A DNA stretch of 59,509 nucleotides, counting the filler. It is 4 parts of 4 records of this genome, joined end to end, with 100 filler letters (N's around TTAATTAATTAA, not from the genome) between each part and the next. Parts side by side here need not be neighbours in the genome. Positions count along the whole stretch, not along the records: positions 31,449 to 59,509 come from DRR723986_5505; 3 more parts are not named here. One strand, 5' to 3'. Both the position numbers and the translations under genes were made by a program. Below the pieces are notes generated by a model. That model was not told the DNA's origin, did no database searches, and was given only the letters and a program-made list of their open reading frames with translations. This document shows positions 48,866 through 58,056 of the stretch, one piece after another (positions within the stretch are counted from its first letter, which is position 1; every line of letters starts with the position of its first letter).

Positions 48866-49587
48866 GCGGCTTTCTCCGAGTCGAAGAGCGGATCGAAGCC
48901 GGCCCACATCATCCGCATTCCGTCGAAAGGCATTGCGGACATGTCCATGTCGGCCATCCCCGCTTCCATTTCTTTGGCGGCGGCATCACATGTGGCGCGG
49001 TCCGGCCAGGCAACCCAGCTGAAGACGGGCACTTCGGTGTCTTCCACCTTGGAGGCCCGGTAGAAATCGGTCTTCTGACCGCGCGGTACATCCGTGCCCC
49101 AGTTTTCGATCATCCCGAGAGCGCCGAATTTCTCGAACATCTTCCAGCCTTCGTCCGCCATCTCGGCGTAGGCCTTCTTGTTCGTTTCGGGCACTGCCAG
49201 CAAAAACCCCTGATAATAGCCAGCATCACTGTGCCTGCCTGCCTCGTAGACAGGGGCAAATCCGCCGAAGATCATCCGGCTGCCATCGAACGGCATTTCC
49301 GGAATTTCCTTCATGGCAGGGTCGTTCTGCATCTTTTCCCAGGAAGCATCGGCAGCAGCCTTGTCCGGCCATTCGATCCAGGAAAACACGATTGCCTCGT
49401 CTTCCTTGGCGTCGACGGCACCGTAGAAGTCCGTAACCTTGCCCTTCGGAACATCAACACCCCAGGTTTCGACCATGCGGGTGGCGCCGTAGGATTTGAA
49501 CAGAGGCCAGGCAGCGGCGATGTGGTCGGCATATTTCTGCTTGTTTGCGGCCGGAACAGCCGCTACCGCACCTGTGAAATAGGACAT
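48862..49587 (-). CDS. Tandem DUF1428 protein
   Basis: Two copies of W..DVP.G..TDFY...FSW..WPD...MPFDG.RM. Confidence 0.9.
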   Translation of the reverse strand: MSYFTGAVAAVPAANKQKYADHIAAAWPLFKSYGATRMVETWGVDVPKGKVTDFYGAVDAKEDEAIVFSWIEWPDKAAADASWEKMQNDPAMKEIPEMPFDGSRMIFGGFAPVYEAGRHSDAGYYQGFLLAVPETNKKAYAEMADEGWKMFEKFGALGMIENWGTDVPRGQKTDFYRASKVEDTEVPVFSWVAWPDRATCDAAAKEMEAGMADMDMSAMPFDGMRMMWAGFDPLFDSEKAA

Positions 49588-49656
49588 GGCGATCATTTCC
49601 TCCTTTTTGTCGGGATGATGGGAACATCCCGGTTGCAGCATTATCGTGACAGCGTT

Positions 49657-49688
49657 AGTATGAAAAAACAACTGCCAGTATGAAAAAA
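49657..49688. promoter_or_regulatory. Direct repeat AGTATGAAAAAA x2 (20-bp period), probable HxlR operator
   Basis: Copies at 49657-49668 and 49677-49688, the second overlapping the HxlR start. Confidence 0.55.
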
Positions 49689-50347
49689 TGACCAAAGAGA
49701 CAAAAACAACAACGCGCCTTCGTTATGACGAGGGGTGCCTGGCCGCCCACGCCCTGAACCTAATAGGCGACAGGTGGGCTCTGCTCGTTGTGCGCGAGCT
49801 TATGTTTTCCGCTAAACGCTTTCAGATGATCCGCGCCGGGTTGCCGGGCATAACCGCGAGTGTTCTGACCGGCCGTCTTGCACAGCTCGTAGAGGTCGAT
49901 GTCATCGAACACGATGAGCGACTGGGGGTGTATTCGCTGACGGAGGCGGGTCAGGCTCTGCTGCCCGTGCTGGAATCGCTGTGCCGGTGGGCGTTGCTGG
50001 TGCCCGGTCACGATCCGACGCGTTTCATCAGCCCGTCTGCCTTGATGATTTCCATGGGTGTCAACGTCGTTCCGGAGGCTGCGGCGCAAGCAGACGCACT
50101 TGCCGGGTTCGATTTCAAGGGCGAGGCATTCGAGATGCAGCTGATCTCCGGCAGGGTCCACACCAAGGCGGTTTCCCGGCCTGACGCGCCCTTTGTGCTT
50201 TCCGGCAATGGCAACCGGATGGCTTCAGCCGTTTATGGGTCAGTCCCGCTTGCGGATCTGATCGCCAAAGGCGTGGTTGAGGTGTCGGGAGATGTTCCCC
50301 TTGCTACTGAATTCGTCTCGCGGTTCAAGCTGCAACGGAAGGCCTGA
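49688..50347 (+). CDS. HxlR-family winged-helix regulator with SCP2-like C-terminus
   Basis: C..A.AL.LIGDRWALLVVREL, LPGI, YSLTEAG. Confidence 0.88.
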   Translation: MTKETKTTTRLRYDEGCLAAHALNLIGDRWALLVVRELMFSAKRFQMIRAGLPGITASVLTGRLAQLVEVDVIEHDERLGVYSLTEAGQALLPVLESLCRWALLVPGHDPTRFISPSALMISMGVNVVPEAAAQADALAGFDFKGEAFEMQLISGRVHTKAVSRPDAPFVLSGNGNRMASAVYGSVPLADLIAKGVVEVSGDVPLATEFVSRFKLQRKA

Positions 50348-50375
50348 GTTGGCCGGACGGCCAGTTGGTGCTGTC

Positions 50376-50402
50376 GCCCGTGCCCGTGCCCGTGCCCGTG
50401 CC
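50376..50402. repeat. Hexamer tandem repeat (GCCCGT)x4.5
   Basis: Read directly; intergenic. Confidence 0.85.
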
Positions 50403-50420
50403 AGTACCGGCTCCGGGGTT

Positions 50421-50436
50421 TGTAATAAAAATTTCA
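50421..50436. promoter_or_regulatory. Possible RpiR operator TGTAATAAAAATTTCA
   Basis: AT-rich imperfect palindrome upstream of the RpiR-family gene. Confidence 0.4.
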
Positions 50437-50481
50437 TCGAACTGTAGCCTGCAATTCAAATTGCAAAACTAGAACGATGGC

Positions 50482-51366
50482 ATGTCAAAACCTGTGCCAT
50501 CCTCCGGTTTCCTGTCCGATCTCATCACCCGCAACGCCTCCCGGCTGACAGGGTCCGATACCCGTCTACTCGATGTGCTGGTCAAGGACCCGATCCGTGC
50601 CGCTATCGAAAACGGCAAGGAAGTGTCCCTTCGTGCGGGCGTGCATCCCGCCGCAGCGGTGCGTCTGGCCAAGCGGCTCGGCTTTGAAGGTTATCCGGAA
50701 TTTCGAGCCTACCTGCAGGCAAATCTGGTTGAGGAAGGCAACGACTTCGAGAACCCGGCCGCCCGCATGGCGGCCCGGCTGGTGCGGGCGGAAGAAGGGC
50801 AAGTGCTGTCGTCCGTGCTCGATAGTGAAATTGCCGCCCTCGAGGCCTTGCGTACCGCCGTCCCCGATAGCGATATCCGCGCCTTCTCCGAAGCCCTGCG
50901 CGATGCCCGCAAGATCTTCATTTTCGGTCGCGGTCATGCCGCGAGCCTGTCCTCGCTGATTGCCCTGCGCTTGCAGCGCTCCGGCTATGATGCCGCCGAC
51001 CTTGGCGACCGCACCCATCACTTTGCCGAGATGCTGAACAGGCTCTCACCGGACGATGTCGTCTGGCTGCTCGCCTTCCGCCGCCCTTCACAGCAAATTA
51101 GCGATGCAAACGGGATTGCGTCCATGCGCGGCGCCACAAGGTTGGCGCTGACGGACCTGCTCGCGGCCCGGTTCGACCCCGCGCCCGATCATCAGATCTG
51201 CGCCTCGCGCGGTGAGGCGGGCGAATCCCAGTCGCTGGTCGTGCCGATGACCATTGCCAACGCGGTCATTCTCGATCTCGCCGGTATCGATGGCGGTAGA
51301 TCGATCCGGTCCCTGGAGGAATTCAAGGCATTTCGTCAATCGCTGCCGCCACGCTGGCGCAGATGA
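50482..51366 (+). CDS. MurR/RpiR family regulator
   Basis: LT..D, VRLAKRLGFEGYPEF HTH; SIS domain. Confidence 0.9.
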   Translation: MSKPVPSSGFLSDLITRNASRLTGSDTRLLDVLVKDPIRAAIENGKEVSLRAGVHPAAAVRLAKRLGFEGYPEFRAYLQANLVEEGNDFENPAARMAARLVRAEEGQVLSSVLDSEIAALEALRTAVPDSDIRAFSEALRDARKIFIFGRGHAASLSSLIALRLQRSGYDAADLGDRTHHFAEMLNRLSPDDVVWLLAFRRPSQQISDANGIASMRGATRLALTDLLAARFDPAPDHQICASRGEAGESQSLVVPMTIANAVILDLAGIDGGRSIRSLEEFKAFRQSLPPRWRR

Positions 51367-51506
51367 GTTTGCCAGCAGACCTGCCTTCTCCCGGAAGCAG
51401 GGCCGGACACGGAAATCGCTGAACAAACCAAGAAAGACCGCCGTTGGAACCGGCGGCAAAGTCTCGTGCGCAAACGGAAATAGTTCACTCTGACAAGGAT
51501 GACTCC

Positions 51507-52763
51507 ATGTTGAAGAATTTGAAGAAAGTGCTGTTGGCGGGCCTGATCGGCCTTTCTGGCAGCGTCGGTGCCGCGCAGGCGGACGTCACGGTTGAATTCT
51601 GGCACAGCTTCGATGGGAGCGGCGGCGAAGCGCTTGGCGAGATCATTGAGAACTTTCAGGCTGCCAACCCTGATATCAAGATCGATGCCCAGTTCATCGG
51701 CAACTACAATGATATCGTCGCCAAGCTCCAGGCTGCCATCCCGGCGCGCCGGGCGCCGGACGCGGTTATCATGGAAGTCACCCGGTATGGTCTCTTCGCT
51801 GACCGCGGCGTACTGTTGGATCTGACCGAAAAGGTCGACAACGACCCACTAAAGGACGACCTGTTCGATTTTGCCCGCGAAGTCGGCGTCTTTGAAGGCA
51901 AGAACTACATCGTGCCGTTCAACTCCTCCACGCCGGTGCTCTACTACAACAAGGAGATCTTCGAGCGGGCCGGCTTTGCCGAAGAACCGGCGCTCAAGAC
52001 CTACGACGATCTTCTGGCGGTATCCAAACAGATTACCGAGAAGCTGGGCGACGACGGCATCACGGGCATTGCCGCACCGGGCCAGTTCGCACGCTGGGGT
52101 CTCATCATGGACAACGACAGTGACCTGATCGACAGCAAGACCGGCGAGATCCTGATCGACAGCCCGAACACGATCGAAGCCTATGAATGGATGGCCTCGC
52201 TGGTGCATGAGCACAAGGTTGCCTCTGCCGACGGCGTGACCAAGGAAAACAATGGCAGGGATGCCTTCCTGGCCGGCAAGGTCGGCATCATGTTGAATTC
52301 AACCGGCAACTACGGCCGCTCCAAGAAGGCGCTCGGCGATAACCTTGCCGTTCGTCCGATGCCTTGCAACAAGGTGTGCGCCGTGCCGATCGGTGGGGCA
52401 GGTATCGGCATTCTGTCGTCAGCCGACAAGGAAACACAGGACGCCGCCTACAAGTTCATCAGCTTTGCCGCCTCACCTGAGTCCAACGCCACCTGGTTCT
52501 CCGGCACCGGCTACATGCCGATCAACAAGAATACCGCCAAACAGCCGCTGGCCGCCGCCGCCGTTCAGGACAAGCCCGGCATCACGGTTGCAATCGACCA
52601 GCTGGACTTCGCCCGTGGCCGTCCGCGCCCGCCGGTGGTCACCTGGATGCGTGCAACCGAATACGACATGTGGCAGGCCATGGCCCTTGGTCAGCGTGAT
52701 GTCACGGAAACCTTGAAGGATTTCGCGGACCGCACCCGAAAGGAAGCCGAGCGCACCAACTGA
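51507..52763 (+). CDS. UgpB-like ABC substrate-binding protein
   Basis: Signal AQA-D; FWHS, PFNSSTPVLYYN, STG, GGA, TGYMP. Confidence 0.88.
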   Translation: MLKNLKKVLLAGLIGLSGSVGAAQADVTVEFWHSFDGSGGEALGEIIENFQAANPDIKIDAQFIGNYNDIVAKLQAAIPARRAPDAVIMEVTRYGLFADRGVLLDLTEKVDNDPLKDDLFDFAREVGVFEGKNYIVPFNSSTPVLYYNKEIFERAGFAEEPALKTYDDLLAVSKQITEKLGDDGITGIAAPGQFARWGLIMDNDSDLIDSKTGEILIDSPNTIEAYEWMASLVHEHKVASADGVTKENNGRDAFLAGKVGIMLNSTGNYGRSKKALGDNLAVRPMPCNKVCAVPIGGAGIGILSSADKETQDAAYKFISFAASPESNATWFSGTGYMPINKNTAKQPLAAAAVQDKPGITVAIDQLDFARGRPRPPVVTWMRATEYDMWQAMALGQRDVTETLKDFADRTRKEAERTN

Positions 52764-52788
52764 TCGCCCGATTTTCTTTCGACATCAG

Positions 52789-52815
52789 CACCGGGCTTCC
52801 AGAAGAAGCCCGGTG
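52789..52815. repeat. Stem-loop between SBP and permease genes
   Basis: CACCGGGCTTC-CAGAA-GAAGCCCGGTG perfect 11-bp stem. Confidence 0.7.
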
Positions 52816-52833
52816 TCTCCGGAGCCCTTTCCG

Positions 52834-53703
52834 ATGCTGTCCCGCCTGACACCCTATATTCTGGTGCTGCCGCTGATCTCCTTCATCGCGGTGTTCACCT
52901 ACATTCCGATTGCAGCCAGTCTCAATCTCAGCTTCCGGGAATGGGATTTCCTGTCGCCGACGATGCCCCTTGTAGGTTTCGAAAACTACCGGCTGCTGTT
53001 CTCGTCCCACGAGTTCTGGAACTCGCTCAAGGTGACTGCGATCTTTGCCGTCATTTCCGTTCCGATCCGGCTTTGCCTTGCGCTTGTGGTTGCAAGTTAC
53101 CTGGTCCGGGAGGCTCTGCCGTCCCGTATTCTGCGCGGCGCGCTGTTCCTGCCGTCTGTTACGTCCACCGTTTCCATCGCCGTGGTGTTTTCCTGGCTGT
53201 TTGCGACGGACTACGGCATGATCAATGCCTTCCTGCAAACTCTCGGCTTCGGCAAGGTTCCCTGGCTTCAGGACCCGCAGCTCGCGCTCTGGGTGCTGAT
53301 CATCGTCAACACCTGGAAGCAGCTCGGCTACGATATCGTCATCTACATCGCCGGGCTTCAGGCAATCCCGCAGGAACTTTATGACGCCGCCGCCGTCGAT
53401 GGCGGCAGGAAAGGCCGCGTCTTCCGCCGTGTAACTGTTCCGCTGGTAATGCCGACAACCTATTTCCTGCTTGTCGTCTCGGTGATCGAGGCCTTTCAGG
53501 TGTTCACCGTCGTGGACGTCATGACCAAGGGTGGTCCGGCGGGGGCCACCGACATGCTGGTCAACATGCTCTACCGTGTCGGCTTCACGCTGTTCGATAT
53601 CGGTCAGGGCTCTGCACTGGCCGTTGTGCTCTTCGTGCTGTTGATGGCATTGGCCCTCTTCAAGGCACGGGTTCTGGGCCGGAGGGTGCATTATGAAGCC
53701 TGA
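52834..53703 (+). CDS. UgpA-like ABC permease
   Basis: VGFENY, WKQLGY, AGLQAIP..LYDAA.VDG. Confidence 0.9.
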   Translation: MLSRLTPYILVLPLISFIAVFTYIPIAASLNLSFREWDFLSPTMPLVGFENYRLLFSSHEFWNSLKVTAIFAVISVPIRLCLALVVASYLVREALPSRILRGALFLPSVTSTVSIAVVFSWLFATDYGMINAFLQTLGFGKVPWLQDPQLALWVLIIVNTWKQLGYDIVIYIAGLQAIPQELYDAAAVDGGRKGRVFRRVTVPLVMPTTYFLLVVSVIEAFQVFTVVDVMTKGGPAGATDMLVNMLYRVGFTLFDIGQGSALAVVLFVLLMALALFKARVLGRRVHYEA

Positions 53704-54502
53704 CAGCCGCATCCTCGCAGGGCTTGCACTGATTGCCGGCCTCCTGTTCCTGTCTCCGGCGCTCTATTCGGTCTTCATGTCGTTTCAGACTGTGGACGCC
53801 TATTACACTGGCAAGTTCGAGTTCACCCTGGAGAATTACGAGCTGGCCATAGGGCAATACCATTTTGCCCGCTATCTGCTGAACAGCATCGTCGTATCGG
53901 GATTGGTCACGTTCATTGCCCTGACGGTGTCGACAATGGCCGCATTTGCCTTTGCCAGGTTTCGTTTTCCTGGCGGTAACCTGCTGTTTGCAGCCGTGGT
54001 GGCAACCCTGATGATCCCCAGCCATATCTCGCTGATCCCGAACTACCTGACCCTTGCAAAGGTGGGGCTGCTGGACACCTATGCAGGGCTCATTCTTCCG
54101 GCGATTTCCAACGGCTTCGCGGCTTTCTTTTTGCGGCAGTACATCCGCGGCATTCCGATCGCCCTGGATGAAGCGGCCTACATGGACGGAGCAACACCGC
54201 TCAAGGTGCTCTGGCGCGTGATCGTGCCGATTGCCCGCCCGGCCATATTCTCCATGGGGCTGTTCATCTTCATCACGGAATGGAACAGCTACATCTGGCC
54301 GCTGGTGGCAGTTGGTGACGAAGACCTCTACACGCTCCAGATCGGTCTTGCGCGTCTCTACCGGGTCAACCCGGGTGAAGACGTGGTCAATTGGCCGCTG
54401 GTGATGGCGGCTTCCACCATCACAATTCTTCCCGTCCTGCTCGGTTTCATATTCGTCGAACGGCACCTGGTGCGTGGCATCACCATGGGTGCGGTCAAGT
54501 AA
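53693..54502 (+). CDS. UgpE-like ABC permease
   Basis: AAFAFARF.FPG, LDEAAYMDGA, WNSYIWP. Confidence 0.9.
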   Translation: MKPDSRILAGLALIAGLLFLSPALYSVFMSFQTVDAYYTGKFEFTLENYELAIGQYHFARYLLNSIVVSGLVTFIALTVSTMAAFAFARFRFPGGNLLFAAVVATLMIPSHISLIPNYLTLAKVGLLDTYAGLILPAISNGFAAFFLRQYIRGIPIALDEAAYMDGATPLKVLWRVIVPIARPAIFSMGLFIFITEWNSYIWPLVAVGDEDLYTLQIGLARLYRVNPGEDVVNWPLVMAASTITILPVLLGFIFVERHLVRGITMGAVK

Positions 54503-54514
54503 ATGGAAGTTTCA

Positions 54515-55264
54515 ATGACACGTATTGCATCTCATCGCGGCGGCACCCTGGAGTTTGGCGACAGCACACCGGCAGGCTTCGAAGCCACTGCGCGGATGGC
54601 GCTTGAGGAAGTCGAATTCGACCTGCACCCGACGGCAGATGGCGCCATCATGGTCCACCACGATGCGACACTCGAGCGAACGACCGACAGGTCCGGCGCA
54701 ATCTGCGATCTGCGCGAGGCCGAGGTTCGCTCGGCAACGATCGATTACGGTGCGGGTGGCCATCCTCTGTCCCTCCAGGAGCTCTGCGCGATTTACCGGC
54801 GCAGTGCCGTTGGCTTCCGCTGCGAGATCAAGCCTGGCCCGGATCGCAGGCCGTATGCCGACTTCGTTCCGAAGGTGGTCGCAATGCTTGCCGCAGAAGA
54901 CATGCTGGAGCGTACGGTTTTTTCCTCCTTTCTGGTCGAAACACAGGACGAGCTGGCCAGGGCAACAGAGCGACCAAGGCTATGGCTTGTCAGCCCGCCG
55001 GTTCTTCAGCAACTGGGAACCGCAGGCACGCTCGAAGTGGCAAAAGCTCACGGGATCCCGGAAATCGGTGTTCATGTCGATTGCGCAGATGAAGAGTTGA
55101 TGACTGCTGTCGAGAACGCCGGACTTCAGTTCGGCTGTTGGGCAGCACATACCTGTGCGCAGATCGAAAAGGCCCTTCGGCTCGGTGTGAAGGTTTTCAC
55201 CACCGACCGGCCCAGCCTTGCGATCGCGATCCGGAACCGCTGGCAGGGGGAGGGGCGGTCATGA
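54515..55264 (+). CDS. Glycerophosphodiester phosphodiesterase
   Basis: SHRGG, EFDL, HD.TL.RTT, EIK, SSF, TDRP. Confidence 0.92.
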   Translation: MTRIASHRGGTLEFGDSTPAGFEATARMALEEVEFDLHPTADGAIMVHHDATLERTTDRSGAICDLREAEVRSATIDYGAGGHPLSLQELCAIYRRSAVGFRCEIKPGPDRRPYADFVPKVVAMLAAEDMLERTVFSSFLVETQDELARATERPRLWLVSPPVLQQLGTAGTLEVAKAHGIPEIGVHVDCADEELMTAVENAGLQFGCWAAHTCAQIEKALRLGVKVFTTDRPSLAIAIRNRWQGEGRS

Positions 55265-56289
55265 GCGGGATAGAACTGACAGATATCCGAAAATCCTATC
55301 CTGGCGGGCCGGAAGTTCTGCATGGCGTTTCGCTGGACATGCAAGCCGGGGAATTCATCGTGATCGTCGGTCCGTCGGGTTGCGGAAAATCCACGCTGCT
55401 ACGCCTCATCGCCGGCCTGGAGAAATGTGATCAGGGCGATATCCGCATCGGCGGCAAACGCGTCAATGACGTTGCGCCGCAGGATCGGGACATTGCAATG
55501 ATCTTCCAGAATTACGCCCTCTATCCGCATATGAACGTGCGCCAGAACATCGCCTTTGGTCTGGAATTGCGCGGCGTCGCCAAGTCAGAGCGCAACACCC
55601 GGGCAGAGGAAGTGGCCAGAACGTTGAAGCTTGATCCTTATCTCGACCGAAAGCCGGGTGCCCTGTCCGGCGGCCAGCGTCAGCGGGTCGCGATGGGCCG
55701 GGCCATGGCGCGCAACAGTTCCATCTTCCTGATGGACGAGCCGCTGTCCAATCTGGACAACGCCCTGCGGGTTGCCATGCGCTCGGAAATCAAGGAGCTC
55801 CACAGGCAACTGGGGGCGACTGTCGTTTACGTTACCCACGATCAGGGTGAAGCCCTTTCCCTGGCGGATCGGATCGCCGTCCTGAAAGATGGAGATCTTC
55901 TGCAGTTCGACACGCCCGGCACGATCTATGACCGGCCGGCGAACCGCTTCGTCGCCGGGTTCCTCGGAATGCTGCCGACAAATTTTCTGCCCATTGAAAC
56001 CTTGCCCTTCTGGTCCGACAGAACAGGCCTCACGGTCGGCATGCGGCCGGAGCATATGAAGGTACACACCTCGTCCCCGGACGTTCCCGCAATCCCAGCA
56101 CGGATCGTCTTTTCGGAGATGACCGGAGCCAATCTGGTCCTGCATTGTGAAAGCGACGTCGGCAGGTTGATCGTGACCGCCCCGCGGCATGACATGAGCT
56201 CCGGAGGCGAAACCGTCTGGATCGGCTATGACACCGATCAGGCCATCTACTTCGATGCAGCAAGTGAAAGCCGGGTGGAAATGGCTTGA
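55261..56289 (+). CDS. UgpC-like ABC ATPase
   Basis: GPSGCGKST, FQNYALYPH, LSGGQRQRVAMGRA; ATGA overlap. Confidence 0.94.
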   Translation: MSGIELTDIRKSYPGGPEVLHGVSLDMQAGEFIVIVGPSGCGKSTLLRLIAGLEKCDQGDIRIGGKRVNDVAPQDRDIAMIFQNYALYPHMNVRQNIAFGLELRGVAKSERNTRAEEVARTLKLDPYLDRKPGALSGGQRQRVAMGRAMARNSSIFLMDEPLSNLDNALRVAMRSEIKELHRQLGATVVYVTHDQGEALSLADRIAVLKDGDLLQFDTPGTIYDRPANRFVAGFLGMLPTNFLPIETLPFWSDRTGLTVGMRPEHMKVHTSSPDVPAIPARIVFSEMTGANLVLHCESDVGRLIVTAPRHDMSSGGETVWIGYDTDQAIYFDAASESRVEMA

Positions 56290-56326
56290 GCGGTAAGTCG
56301 TCTTTTGAAACTGGTTGAACCGGCAA

Positions 56327-56626
56327 TCAGAAGCCTTGGAACAGGGTGTCCAGCGCGCGGGTAATTTCCGCAAAGTTCTCGTCGAGGCTGCCGATCGGGT
56401 CTCCCAACTGGGAAACCGCTACGGCGGCGAGGAATTGGGTCGCCATGACGTATTCCTCGCCCTCCCAGCCGAATATAGGGTTCAGGTAGGCCGCGGGTGC
56501 TGGTGCGCGAGACTTGGGCAAAAGCGGCACGACGACGCGTGTGTTGAGGCCTTCCAGAAGGTCTGCCTGCACATCCAGAACCAGAACGCTGTCCGGTTTC
56601 AGCCGGTAGAGCTGATTTCTGGCCAT
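56327..56626 (-). CDS. ccdB: CcdB family toxin
   Basis: LDVQADLL..L.TRVVVPL, LNP, ALD.LF.GF. Confidence 0.9.
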   Translation of the reverse strand: MARNQLYRLKPDSVLVLDVQADLLEGLNTRVVVPLLPKSRAPAPAAYLNPIFGWEGEEYVMATQFLAAVAVSQLGDPIGSLDENFAEITRALDTLFQGF

Positions 56627-56859
56627 TAAAACAGGCGTCTCGCTTCAAGCGGCAGGCCGTGTTCGTCGACAAAGTCGTTGGAGCTGTTCAGGGCTGCCCT
56701 GTTTTCCAGTTTCCACCGTTCCGCGCGGGCTTGTGAAACCGCGCGCCGGATACCTTCTTCGGCTGCCTGGGAAATATTCACGCCCAGTTCCTTCGCCGAA
56801 CCGACCAGCGTCATATCAATCGTCAAATTGGTCGCCTTGCGTGCGTGAACGCGTGCCAT
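56626..56859 (-). CDS. ccdA: CcdA family antitoxin
   Basis: RKATNLTID, AKELGVNIS, W..EN..A....N.FV..HG; TAATG coupling to ccdB. Confidence 0.92.
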   Translation of the reverse strand: MARVHARKATNLTIDMTLVGSAKELGVNISQAAEEGIRRAVSQARAERWKLENRAALNSSNDFVDEHGLPLEARRLF

Positions 56860-56913
56860 CTTGTTTCCAAACCACTCATACCCGGTACCCGGATAATAGT
56901 GGCACGCTTACGC

Positions 56914-56948
56914 ATTTTCAATGCGCATCATAAATGCGCATTGAAAAT
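56914..56948. promoter_or_regulatory. ccdAB operator: perfect 15-bp inverted repeat
   Basis: ATTTTCAATGCGCAT-CATAA-ATGCGCATTGAAAAT. Confidence 0.75.
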
Positions 56949-56964
56949 TGAGATACTGATGGCC

Positions 56965-57095
56965 TCGAGAAAGACCTGTCCAACGCGAAGTGCCCTTACT
57001 GTCCAGGAAGACGAGTATCCTTTCACGAAGGGACACCGGGAAGGGGACAAGGCCAGTGAGCGGCGAAGGTTTCCCTTGGACAGGCTCTTTCTCGA
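56965..57095. repeat. ~130-bp element with long terminal inverted repeats (MITE-like or structured RNA)
   Basis: TCGAGAAAGACCTGTCCAA ... TTGGACAGGCTCTTTCTCGA with nested inner stems. Confidence 0.55.
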
Positions 57096-57113
57096 TTGAT
57101 CGGGAGTGTCAGT

Positions 57114-57509
57114 TCAAGTCCATCCCCGCAACGGGAACAGCCTGCGCAGGTCCGGAGCGCGTAACCACAGGCCACCCCACATGAACAGGCCCAGATAAAG
57201 ACTGAACAGCACATGGCTGAACAGGGGTGACCCGGCCCGGATCTGGGTTGCCATGGCACCGCCGAGCAAGCCCATCATCAAGATTGCTCCTAATACGCTG
57301 GTGCGCGGAATGAGGTAAAGAACAAGGCAGGCCAGTTCGATCAAGCCAATCGGAAATGCGTACCCCGCAGGCCAGCCAAGTTCGGCCAGCGTGTCTTCGG
57401 CAACAGGCAGATGGAGCAGCTTCGGTGCAATGGAAGCGCCCAGCATGAACAGGGCGAACAGGCCCGTCAGAATGCGGCCTGCCCAAAGCATGGTGGTCCC
57501 GTTACTCAT
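57114..57509 (-). CDS. DoxX family membrane protein
   Basis: GLIEL.CL.LYLIPRT.VLGAIL...LGGA.AT. Confidence 0.9.
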   Translation of the reverse strand: MSNGTTMLWAGRILTGLFALFMLGASIAPKLLHLPVAEDTLAELGWPAGYAFPIGLIELACLVLYLIPRTSVLGAILMMGLLGGAMATQIRAGSPLFSHVLFSLYLGLFMWGGLWLRAPDLRRLFPLRGWT

Positions 57510-57520
57510 TTCGCGCTCCA

Positions 57521-57985
57521 TCAGATAGACTTGGCAAGTTCTTCAAGCTGCTCGGCAGCCTTGCCCCAGCCTTCGTGAAACCCCATCCGTTCGTGTTCTT
57601 CCCTGGCTTCCTTCGTCCAATGCAGAGCCTGAGCGTGGTAACGGGTCCTGCCACCACCCAAATCTTCAAAGGTTACCTCAGCCACCATGAAGGGGCGGCC
57701 GGTTGGTTTCCAGCCGGGATGGAATGCGTCGGTGGTGACCAGACGTTCGTTTGGAACGACTTCCAGAAAGACACCGGTATTTGGGAATTCCTCCCCGTTT
57801 GGACCATGCATGCGACAGGAAAACTCGCCGCCAAGCCGCAGATCGATACGGGCATCGGAGACATACCAGGGCTTGGGACAGAACCACTTTTCAAGCAGTT
57901 TCGGCTCCGTCCAGCAACGCCAGAGTTTTTCTCGCGGAGCATCCAGATCAAGGATCAGTTCGAGTGCATGCTGTTGTTCTGACAT
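57521..57985 (-). CDS. SRPBCC/AHSA1 family protein
   Basis: APREKLWRCWTEP, WFCP.PW, DLR.GG, HERMGFHEGW. Confidence 0.92.
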   Translation of the reverse strand: MSEQQHALELILDLDAPREKLWRCWTEPKLLEKWFCPKPWYVSDARIDLRLGGEFSCRMHGPNGEEFPNTGVFLEVVPNERLVTTDAFHPGWKPTGRPFMVAEVTFEDLGGGRTRYHAQALHWTKEAREEHERMGFHEGWGKAAEQLEELAKSI

Positions 57986-58022
57986 CTGATTTCGTCCATT
58001 GCGCTGTTGTTGATAGCTCAAG

Positions 58023-58049
58023 GACGAATGAAGGAGGGCACGTGCGACA
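58023..58049 (-). promoter_or_regulatory. Putative ECF42 promoter TGTCGC-N17-CGTC
   Basis: Minus strand TGTCGC acgtgccctccttcatt CGTC, between the sigma stop and the SRPBCC gene. Confidence 0.7.
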
Positions 58050-58056
58050 AATGAGT

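Noticed and set aside
56965-57095. 6S or SRP RNA identity for the rod-like element
   Set aside because: Lacks recognisable 6S/SRP conserved sequence; kept only as an unassigned element.
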